Part shown: piece by piece, positions 57,306 through 64,000 of the stretch
Layout of the letters: every line of letters begins with the position of its first letter
How positions within the stretch are numbered: the first letter of the stretch is position 1
Source: Candidatus Komeilibacteria bacterium
GTDB taxonomy: Bacteria > Patescibacteriota > Patescibacteriia > UBA1558
NCBI GenBank assembly: GCA_048538275.1
Contig: JBLYPW010000001.1
Coordinates: 365,928 to 429,927, forward strand
DNA: 64,000 nucleotides
Reading direction: 5' to 3'
Program-made: the position numbers and the translations under genes
Notes under the pieces: generated by a model
What the model saw: the letters and a program-made list of their open reading frames with translations, nothing else
The model's database searches: none
What the model was told of the DNA's origin: nothing

Positions 57306-57518
57306 AATATATACCTCTTCTAAAGCTTAAAATAAATACAATGTGACCTTTTTTTGTGTGAATACGCCCGTATTATAGCATATTACTTTTGCACAGGCTA
57401 TGCTGATATTATAGTGCCAAATATTTTGGCCCATAGTTGAATCTCCTACCTTCACTAAAAACAACTTGATTTGCTCGGGGGCTCTTTTTTATTGGCAAAA
57501 TTTGTTATAATATAGCAT

Positions 57519-58838
57519 ATGCTAAAGAGATTAACACTTATAAGTGTATTATTATTTGCCGTCATGGCAATGATTTTATATTTGTCTCCAGTGGTATTGG
57601 CTAATACTACCTCTGAAACTCTTAGCTTGCAAAAGCAGTTAGAAGCCATACAGCAAGAAATTGATCAATACCAACAACAATTAAATACTGTAAAATATCA
57701 AAAATCTACATTAAGTCAGAAAATTTATGAATTAACTTTACAACAAAACAAGCTAACTCTACAAATTCAGCAATCACAGCTAAATATTGAACAAATTGAT
57801 AATAAGCTCAATCAGTTGCAAACAAATATTGCTGAGCGTAATTTAAGAATACAAGAATTAGCGGACAATATGACCAAGCTTTTACGTGAACTGCAACGTA
57901 AATATCGCTATTCTGGCTTAGAAATCTGGCTGATGAATAAGGACGTTGGTGGATTTTTTAATCAAATTAGCGCTTATTCTAAATTAACCAGCAGTTTAGC
58001 TGTTACGGTAGAACAAGTAAAACAAGAAAAGGACATGATGCTCAATGAACAAAACTTGTTAAGCGAATCTAAAGAGCAACAGGGTAATTTATTAGCCATT
58101 GCTGATTTACAAAATCAAAAATTGAGCGGTACTATTAGCGAGCGCAATAAACTTTTGGTAGAAACCAAGGAGCAAGAAGATAATTATCAGGCAATTTTGT
58201 CTGATAAACAAAAACAAGCCAATGAAATAAAAAATAGAATTTATGATTTGTTGGGTGTCAGTCGCGCTGTTACTTTTAATGAGGCCGTACAAATTGCAGA
58301 GTGGGCTGAGGATAGCACTGGCGTGAGGGCTGCTTTTTTGCTGGCTATATTAACACAGGAATCAAATTTGGGTAAAAACGTAGGCACTTGCAATCGTCCC
58401 GGGGATCCCCCAGAAAAAAGCTGGAAAGTTATTATGAAACCAAGCCGCGATCAGGAACCTTTCAAACAAATTACGGCGGAGCTGGGCATGGATCCTGATG
58501 TTACGCCGGTATCGTGCCCTATGCGAGATAAAAACGGTGAACAAATCGGTTGGGGTGGGGCTATGGGTCCAGCGCAATTCATTCCTTCCACCTGGATAGG
58601 CTATAAGGATAAGGTTAGCGCTATTACTGGCAAACCGGCTAATCCTTGGGATATTAGAGATGCTTTTTTGGCAGCTGCTATTTTATCAAAAGCTAATGGC
58701 GCCGGCAGCCAGGATGGTGAATGGGCGGCTGCTATGCGTTATTTTTCTGGCTCTACCAACCCTGCTTATCGTTTTTATGGCGATAATGTAGTAGCTCTAG
58801 CTGATCAGTACCAGCAGGATATAGATAAAATAAAATAA
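57519..58838 (+). CDS. Lytic transglycosylase (MltB/SLT_2-like domain) with N-terminal signal/TM and ~230-aa coiled coil
   Basis: The C-terminal domain carries …LAILTQESNLG… and GAMGPAQFIPSTW (MltB-family GAxGxxQFMPSTW). The preceding 230 aa are Gln/Leu-rich heptads. Confidence 0.7.
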   Translation: MLKRLTLISVLLFAVMAMILYLSPVVLANTTSETLSLQKQLEAIQQEIDQYQQQLNTVKYQKSTLSQKIYELTLQQNKLTLQIQQSQLNIEQIDNKLNQLQTNIAERNLRIQELADNMTKLLRELQRKYRYSGLEIWLMNKDVGGFFNQISAYSKLTSSLAVTVEQVKQEKDMMLNEQNLLSESKEQQGNLLAIADLQNQKLSGTISERNKLLVETKEQEDNYQAILSDKQKQANEIKNRIYDLLGVSRAVTFNEAVQIAEWAEDSTGVRAAFLLAILTQESNLGKNVGTCNRPGDPPEKSWKVIMKPSRDQEPFKQITAELGMDPDVTPVSCPMRDKNGEQIGWGGAMGPAQFIPSTWIGYKDKVSAITGKPANPWDIRDAFLAAAILSKANGAGSQDGEWAAAMRYFSGSTNPAYRFYGDNVVALADQYQQDIDKIK

Positions 58839-58943
58839 TTTTTCGGCTAGATTGACTTATTTATTTTTTTGTTCTAGAATATAGCCAGTCAAAAAAGTCG
58901 TTATCCGCTTTTTTATAAGCGGTTTTAATTTTTCTATAAGTTT

Positions 58944-60734
58944 ATGGATATTAGAAATATTGCCATTATCGCTCATGTTGATCACGGCAAAACATCATTG
59001 ACAGATTCTTTGATGCAACAAGCAGGATTATCTCAAGCTGGTACTAGTATGGATAGCGATACTTTAGAATTAGAACGAGGTATCACTATTTATTCAAAAA
59101 ATGCTTCTATTTTTTATCATGGTACAAAAATTAACATAGTGGACACTCCCGGTCACTCTGATTTTGGTTCTGAAGTAGAAAGAGTACTGCGCTCCATTGA
59201 CTCTGTCTTATTACTGGTTGATGCTCAAGAGGGTCCCATGCCGCAAACAAAATTTGTTTTAAAAAAATCATTGGAACTGGGGCTGCAGCCAATTGTCGTA
59301 CTAAATAAAATTGACAAGCCGGCCGCTCGCCCAGATATAGTACAAGAAATGGTATATGAATTATTTTTGGACTTGGGCGCGACGGACGAGCAATTGGATT
59401 TTACTACTGTTTACGCAATAGCCCGTGACGGCATCGCTATGCTAAACTTGGATGATAGTAGCACTGATTTGACTCCCCTACTTGATATCATTATAAAAGA
59501 AACGCCAGTCGCTTCTAGTGACGGAGCTAAAAATAAATTATTAAGGTTACAACCATTTAATTTGGCTTATGATAACTATTTGGGTCGTTTGGCTATTGGA
59601 CGGATTTATGAAGGGAAAATTAATAATAATGATACTGTTATAATTAAAAATATTGACGGCACTGTCAGACAAGGAAAGATAACCAAGTTATTTACTTTTT
59701 CCGGTTTAGAAAGAAAAGAAGTTGCCACAGCTGAGGCTGGCGATATTGTGATGCTGGCGGGATTACCTGATATTTATATTGGCGAAACAATCTGTCATAA
59801 CTCTAGTCAAGAAATATTACCGGCTATCAATATAGATGACCCCACTATATCGTTGAATTTATTAGTGAATAATTCACCCTTTGCCGGCCGGGATGGTAAA
59901 TTTGTCACCAATCGTCAGCTAAGAGAGCGTCTGGAAAAAGAGCTGGAAATAAATGTTGGATTAAAAATAGATTTTTCTGCCATTGATCATTATAAAATAT
60001 ATGGCCGTGGGGAGATGCATATTGCAATTTTATTGGAAAATATGCGGCGTGAGGGTTATGAACTGCAAGTTTCCCAACCGCATGTTATTATCAAAGAAAT
60101 AAATGGCATAAAATCAGAACCGTTTGAGGAAGTTACCATAAATGTACCGGAGGAAATGTCAGGCAAGGTTATCAAAAAGTTATCGCAACGTAGTGGAACT
60201 ATGGTGGAAATGCTACCAGAACATGGTCATACAAGGATAATATTCTCTATTCCCAGCAGAGGTCTTTTGGGCTATAGAAATGAATTTATAGTGGATACAA
60301 AAGGAGAAGGCTTGATGTACAGTCATGTCATTGGTTTTCGGCCCTATGCCGGTGAAATCAAAAAAAATGCTGTTGGCTCAATGATATCCATGGCTACCGG
60401 CAAAGCGTTGGGTTTTTCTTTATACAATTTACAGAACAGGGGTAATCTCTATATTGAAGCCAATACTGATGTCTATGAAGGCATGGTCATTGGTGATGCC
60501 GCCAAAGGTAATGATATGGCTGTTAATCCAATCAAAGGTAAACAACTTACCAATATGCGCTCATCCGGTGCTGATGAGGCTATCAATTTAACCCCTCCCA
60601 TTAAACTGACGCTGGAAAAAGGAATGAGCATTATGAACGATGATGAGTATCTAGAAATCACACCGCTAAATATCCGTTTGCGTAAACAATTATTGCGTGA
60701 GACTGATCGCATTAGACAATTTAGAAGTAGGTAG
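58944..60734 (+). CDS. typA: Translational GTPase TypA/BipA
   Basis: The G1 motif is AHVDHGKTSLTD. Downstream TypA-specific domains follow, with no LepA C-terminal domain. The length is 596 aa. Confidence 0.9.
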   Translation: MDIRNIAIIAHVDHGKTSLTDSLMQQAGLSQAGTSMDSDTLELERGITIYSKNASIFYHGTKINIVDTPGHSDFGSEVERVLRSIDSVLLLVDAQEGPMPQTKFVLKKSLELGLQPIVVLNKIDKPAARPDIVQEMVYELFLDLGATDEQLDFTTVYAIARDGIAMLNLDDSSTDLTPLLDIIIKETPVASSDGAKNKLLRLQPFNLAYDNYLGRLAIGRIYEGKINNNDTVIIKNIDGTVRQGKITKLFTFSGLERKEVATAEAGDIVMLAGLPDIYIGETICHNSSQEILPAINIDDPTISLNLLVNNSPFAGRDGKFVTNRQLRERLEKELEINVGLKIDFSAIDHYKIYGRGEMHIAILLENMRREGYELQVSQPHVIIKEINGIKSEPFEEVTINVPEEMSGKVIKKLSQRSGTMVEMLPEHGHTRIIFSIPSRGLLGYRNEFIVDTKGEGLMYSHVIGFRPYAGEIKKNAVGSMISMATGKALGFSLYNLQNRGNLYIEANTDVYEGMVIGDAAKGNDMAVNPIKGKQLTNMRSSGADEAINLTPPIKLTLEKGMSIMNDDEYLEITPLNIRLRKQLLRETDRIRQFRSR

Positions 60735-60795
60735 ATTTGTCAAAACACCCGCTCACCGGCGGGTATTTAAAAATCCCAATACTTTGATACATAAA

Positions 60796-61692
60796 CTATA
60801 ATTTCTCTAATATATTTGCGAATTGGTCAATCTGACTACGGACTTGAGAAGGAATGTCATGATTTTGTAACCAGGCAATTTGCTCGGTCAAAGAAGATAA
60901 TAATTTTTCAAATACCGCTCGTTCACTAGCTGTGATTGATGTCATTGCATCCGATTGTCTGTTTTGTAGCAGTTCATCTAATTGCTTATCAGTCATAGCT
61001 AAATAAAAAGTGGGGATATTTTGGATTTGCCGCTTAACCAATTTGCGTTGACCATCCTCTCCCCTTTCTAAACTAAAGCCGTATTTTATTTTGGCCCCGC
61101 CGCGCATTGCTTTATCTAATATTTTCTTATTTTTAGCTTCCACTCTTTCGTGTTCACGATTATCATAAACTTCATCAAAAGTACAAATCACTTCCCCGGT
61201 CTGTTTATTGACAATAACATTGTCTATCCCATTAGCATAGTCATCATAAGTACTGGCTCTGACTACAATATATTTATCGTGCAAAAATTTATACAGCAAA
61301 GAGGTAATGGCCATCTCAACAATCGTTCCCTTATGCTTTAATTTGTCAGTACGATACTGATGTAATAACTCATCAGTCGTGTCATAACCAAATTTTTCTT
61401 TATAATATTTACGCACCCCTTCATTTGTTGCGCCACTCCACGCCAGCTCTTTTTCTTGATTTGACTTTTCATCATGCTTAACTTCTTCCTTGCTCAGCTC
61501 TCCCCCACTCTTTTTTAAAAAACTGCGCATATTAATACAATTTTTTTTATCCAATATATCAGCAGCATTGTCACCAAAATTCTCCACTAATTCCAATTGG
61601 GTTTTGTGGGCTATATTTTCCATTAAAGCAGTCAAGGCTTCACCAGCACTTTCCTGATTTTCTATTTTATTTTGATACTCTTCAAATGTCAT
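60796..61692 (-). CDS. Hypothetical protein (298 aa), no recognisable domain
   Basis: It is a clean ORF. An AT-rich promoter-like sequence lies upstream, including a 24-bp segment identical to the 3' end of paralog A (see findings). Confidence 0.5.
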   Translation of the reverse strand: MTFEEYQNKIENQESAGEALTALMENIAHKTQLELVENFGDNAADILDKKNCINMRSFLKKSGGELSKEEVKHDEKSNQEKELAWSGATNEGVRKYYKEKFGYDTTDELLHQYRTDKLKHKGTIVEMAITSLLYKFLHDKYIVVRASTYDDYANGIDNVIVNKQTGEVICTFDEVYDNREHERVEAKNKKILDKAMRGGAKIKYGFSLERGEDGQRKLVKRQIQNIPTFYLAMTDKQLDELLQNRQSDAMTSITASERAVFEKLLSSLTEQIAWLQNHDIPSQVRSQIDQFANILEKL

Positions 61693-61955
61693 GTTTTACC
61701 TCGCTATGATCTGTCATTTAAAATTAATGATCAGCAATATTATAATACTTAAATTTTTTAATGACTTTATAGGTCGCTGAAGAATACTTCTAACTTTGTA
61801 ATATGTTTTATTAATATAAAATCCCTTATATTATCGCCCTAATTAGCCAAAAAGTCAAAACAAAAAAACCGCCTATTATCATAGATGGTCTTTTGGCTAA
61901 ATGAAACCCCTCATTCCCGACAGATACACAGATTTATACTTGGGATAAATAATAA

Positions 61956-62001
61956 GCCACATCTGTAGAGACAATTCATGAATTGTCTCTACAGATGTGG
62001 C
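61956..62001 (-). terminator. Long perfect palindrome (21-bp arms, CATG centre) acting as an intrinsic terminator for the tandem paralog genes
   Basis: gccacatctgtagagacaatt-catg-aattgtctctacagatgtggc. On the minus strand it is followed by TTATTATTTAT. Confidence 0.6.
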
Positions 62002-62047
62002 TCGGAGTCGTGGATGAAGTTAGAACTGATTTATGAATATATAAATA

Positions 62048-62536
62048 TCATTTAATATGATAATATAAAAATTTCTTTATCGCTTTTTTTTTCGTTTTTT
62101 CTTTATTACTAACTAAATATCCATTTAAAAACTCTAAACCCATAGCTTTCCTTCTTTTGTTCAAATTTTTTTTATCATCTATTTCTATATTTAATGTACC
62201 ATATAGTTGTTTCTCACCCTTATTAAATCTAATTCGATCTATAATTTCTGTTTTTTGTTGCGGAGTTAGCTCACAATTCTCTAAATATTGATTTTGCATA
62301 TTAATATCAAACTGGTGTAATATAATATAATGAAAATAGAACATCCCTCTCTTGCCAACACTTTTAATTGTAGGGTAGTCATATTGGTTTATTAATAATT
62401 TAATTCGATAGTTATGGGCTATATCAATAGCGTATAATAAATAATTAGGTAATTCTTTACCAACATTGCGTTTTAATCTTATTTCTTGATCGACGGTAAA
62501 TACCTCTAAAATTTGTTTTAAATAATCTTTGTTCAC
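62048..62536 (-). CDS. Hypothetical protein, tandem paralog B (162 aa; GTG start, 6 bp after paralog A's stop)
   Basis: It shares the N-terminal ~75 aa with the upstream gene (MN(K/N)DYL(K/R)QI(L/K)E(V/I)FTVDQE(I/V)RLK…GKELPNYL(L/V)Y…DIAHNYRI.LLINQY.YPT.KS.GKRGM). It has a Lys-rich C-terminus. Confidence 0.55.
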   Translation of the reverse strand: MNKDYLKQILEVFTVDQEIRLKRNVGKELPNYLLYAIDIAHNYRIKLLINQYDYPTIKSVGKRGMFYFHYIILHQFDINMQNQYLENCELTPQQKTEIIDRIRFNKGEKQLYGTLNIEIDDKKNLNKRRKAMGLEFLNGYLVSNKEKTKKKAIKKFLYYHIK

Positions 62537-62542
62537 GTATTA

Positions 62543-63040
62543 TTATTTTATATTATAATACTTAAATTTTTTAATTTTTTTAATTTTATTTAACTTTTTT
62601 TTACTCTCTGTTAAATACTGTTTTAAAGTGTTTAAATTCATTTTTTTTCTTCTTTTATCTACATTCTTTATATCTTCAATTTTTACATTCAACATGGTTC
62701 CGTATAATTGCTTTTTCCCCATATTAAACCTAATTCTATCAATCAAGGCCGCTTTTTCTGCTGGTTCATGTTGACCGTTTGCTAAAAAATCTTCCTGTAA
62801 AGCAATATCAAACCATTGATGTAAAATTAACATAGTAAAAATTTTCATACCTCTTTTCCCCAAACTTTTTTTCGTAGGATAGCCATACTGATTAATCAAT
62901 AAATGTATTCTATAATTATGAGCTATATCCATTAAATATACCAAATAATTTGGTAATTCTTTGCCTGGCTTACACTTGAGTCTCACCTCCTGATCAACAG
63001 TAAATATTTCTTTGATTTGTCTTAAATAATCATTATTCAT
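62543..63040 (-). CDS. Hypothetical protein, tandem paralog A (165 aa)
   Basis: It shares the same N-terminal ~75 aa with paralog B. A TATAAT-containing promoter-like sequence lies upstream (tgttataatataaaatATG on the minus strand). Confidence 0.55.
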   Translation of the reverse strand: MNNDYLRQIKEIFTVDQEVRLKCKPGKELPNYLVYLMDIAHNYRIHLLINQYGYPTKKSLGKRGMKIFTMLILHQWFDIALQEDFLANGQHEPAEKAALIDRIRFNMGKKQLYGTMLNVKIEDIKNVDKRRKKMNLNTLKQYLTESKKKLNKIKKIKKFKYYNIK

Positions 63041-63088
63041 ATTTTATATTATAACACATTAAAAAAGGGGGAATGATTATACCCCCTT

Positions 63089-63420
63089 CTATTTATTTCC
63101 TACTAATTGATTAGCAATAGCCTTAGCAATTTGTGCACCGGTATTTAATTGAATAAAATACCATTGACCATTACTATTTACTTCAAGAAATACATATTCA
63201 CCGCTCGGCTTAACTATCATATCTATACAGCCATAATTCAAACTCATCTTTTTCATAAAAGAATAAATCATATTTTCTATATCAACTGGCAATTTTGTTA
63301 CTTCCATTTTTACAGAAAAATCATTAAATTTTGGTTTTCTTCTCCAATCTAGTGCTGTTTGTACATCTCCTTGTGAATATATTTTTACAGGAAATATTTG
63401 ATCACCAACAATCGTTATCT
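63089..63420 (-). pseudogene. 3' fragment of an ATP-grasp ligase gene (RimK/GshB-like C-terminal region)
   Basis: The frame is open for 109 codons (…GDVQTALDWRRKPKFNDFSVKMEVTKLPVDIENMIYSFMKKMSLNYGCIDMIVKPSGEYVFLEVNSNGQWYFIQLNTGAQIAKAIANQL…), matching the C-terminal strands of ATP-grasp enzymes (…DxxVxxxGxxxxLEVNxxPG…TG.DIA..I). It is bounded upstream by a TAG and by the neighbouring gene's terminator, so a full-length (~290 aa) enzyme cannot fit. Confidence 0.45.
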
Positions 63421-63482
63421 ACTTTAAAAAAGTTAGACCGATTATATTAGCCTAAGTATATTATACAGGTTTTTACTATATA

Positions 63483-63517
63483 AAAAAATCCCCCTTACTT
63501 TCAAAGAAAGTAAGGGG
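63483..63517 (-). terminator. Intrinsic terminator of the partial gene at the right edge
   Basis: The minus-strand hairpin ccccttactttc-ttt-gaaagtaagggg(g) is followed by ATTTTTTT. Confidence 0.7.
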
Positions 63518-63544
63518 AAGGGTTAAAGTTAAAAGGAACAAGGG

Positions 63545-64000
63545 TTAGGAAACTGCAACGCGAACCCGCAAGCTGCCATCGGCAATGCCAAAAGGGCACC
63601 AATCCACCTGCAACCAGCCGCCATCCCAGCGGACACCAGGCACAACACCAACAGGGTGACGCGACCCGGCACAAAGGGTTACATTTGAAATATCCAAATG
63701 TTCGCCAGTTTCATCATAGTATTTCAGCTCAAGAATCAATCTTTCCATTAAAGTAATGGAATTGATACCTTTTTCTTTGAGCATATCAGCTGAGGTGTTT
63801 TTCCATTCCTCATCTGCTTCTACTCGCTCACGAAAGCAAACTGCATAAGCCTGATTAGAAGTTCGAACATCATTTCTAATGCCCTTATCAAGATTCTCGG
63901 TATATAAATATACTTTGAATTTCTTTTTAAGAACTTTGACAATGTCTGCATAAGAAAGACCTTGAGGGATGAAAACTACTCTAGAGAAATCATCTGGACT
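63545..64000 (-). CDS. Hypothetical protein, 3' part only (the N-terminus lies beyond the window). Its last ~45 codons are GC-rich and adenine-depleted, a candidate DGR variable region.
   Basis: The open frame runs to the window edge (…VVFIPQGLSYADIVKVLKKKFKVYLYTENLDKGIRNDV…EKGINSITLMERLILELKYYDETGEHLDISNVTLCAGSRHPVGVVPGVRWDGGWLQVDWCPFGIADGSLRVRVAVS*). There is a sharp compositional switch at ~63682. Confidence 0.6.
   Translation of the reverse strand, partial: SPDDFSRVVFIPQGLSYADIVKVLKKKFKVYLYTENLDKGIRNDVRTSNQAYAVCFRERVEADEEWKNTSADMLKEKGINSITLMERLILELKYYDETGEHLDISNVTLCAGSRHPVGVVPGVRWDGGWLQVDWCPFGIADGSLRVRVAVS

Noticed and set aside
60796-64000. Reverse transcriptase, template repeat or avd partner of the candidate DGR variable region within the window
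   Set aside because: No ORF in the window has RT motifs such as YxDD. I found no second copy of the 135-bp GC-rich segment. If a DGR exists, its core lies beyond the right edge, so the DGR call remains a hypothesis.

Overview
The window is AT-rich, gene-dense bacterial chromosome made mostly of housekeeping operons. The C-terminal part of lepA runs off the left edge (2..1102). After it comes ftsB-like, then tRNA-Thr(CGU) and tRNA-Gly(CCC) on the minus strand, each with an encoded CCA, with a tandem 26-bp repeat array between them. Next is a cell-division module (RlpA-like DPBB protein, FtsE, FtsX), followed by rpmA, a NifU-like/cysteine-desulfurase pair, and a 1143-aa protein whose N-terminal third is built from near-identical 99-bp tandem repeats. 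A minimal dcw cluster follows (mraY-murD-ftsW-murG-murC-murB plus a small MurB-domain-like ORF), then secA and mnmA. A 1.1-kb ORF-free region after mnmA carries at least three promoter/terminator units: two candidate sRNAs and an attenuator-like alaS leader. Downstream are alaS, the infA-rpmJ-rpsM-rpsK-rpsD-rpoA-rplQ operon and rplM-rpsI. An accessory block follows: a COG1373-type AAA ATPase and an 8-gene surface-glycan locus (flippase, 2 GT4, 3 GT2, Wzy-like). The rest includes lysS, serS, ftsQ-like, an alpha/beta hydrolase, an EnvC-like M23 peptidase with an intact active site, gltX, a WecB/TagA GT, LigT, priA with degenerate ATPase motifs, def-fmt, a processive GT2 synthase, a cyclophilin, a coiled-coil MltB-like transglycosylase and typA. 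The right edge is a decaying accessory island: a 298-aa hypothetical, two tandem paralogous hypotheticals, an ATP-grasp gene fragment and a partial gene. The last ~135 bp of that partial gene are strikingly GC-rich and adenine-depleted on the coding strand, which is the signature of a diversity-generating-retroelement (DGR) variable region. The compact operons, Lys-rich ribosomal protein extensions, AlaS lacking C-Ala and RpoA lacking the alpha-CTD fit a reduced-genome bacterium, possibly Patescibacteria/CPR-like; that is inference only. The most notable points are the candidate DGR variable region at the window edge, the 99-bp-repeat giant protein, the sRNA-dense intergenic region, an AlaS with a ~120-aa HAD-like insertion, an RpoA whose alpha-CTD is replaced by an acidic linker plus AT-hook, a PriA lacking Walker A/B, and a stand-alone MurB domain-3 paralog.
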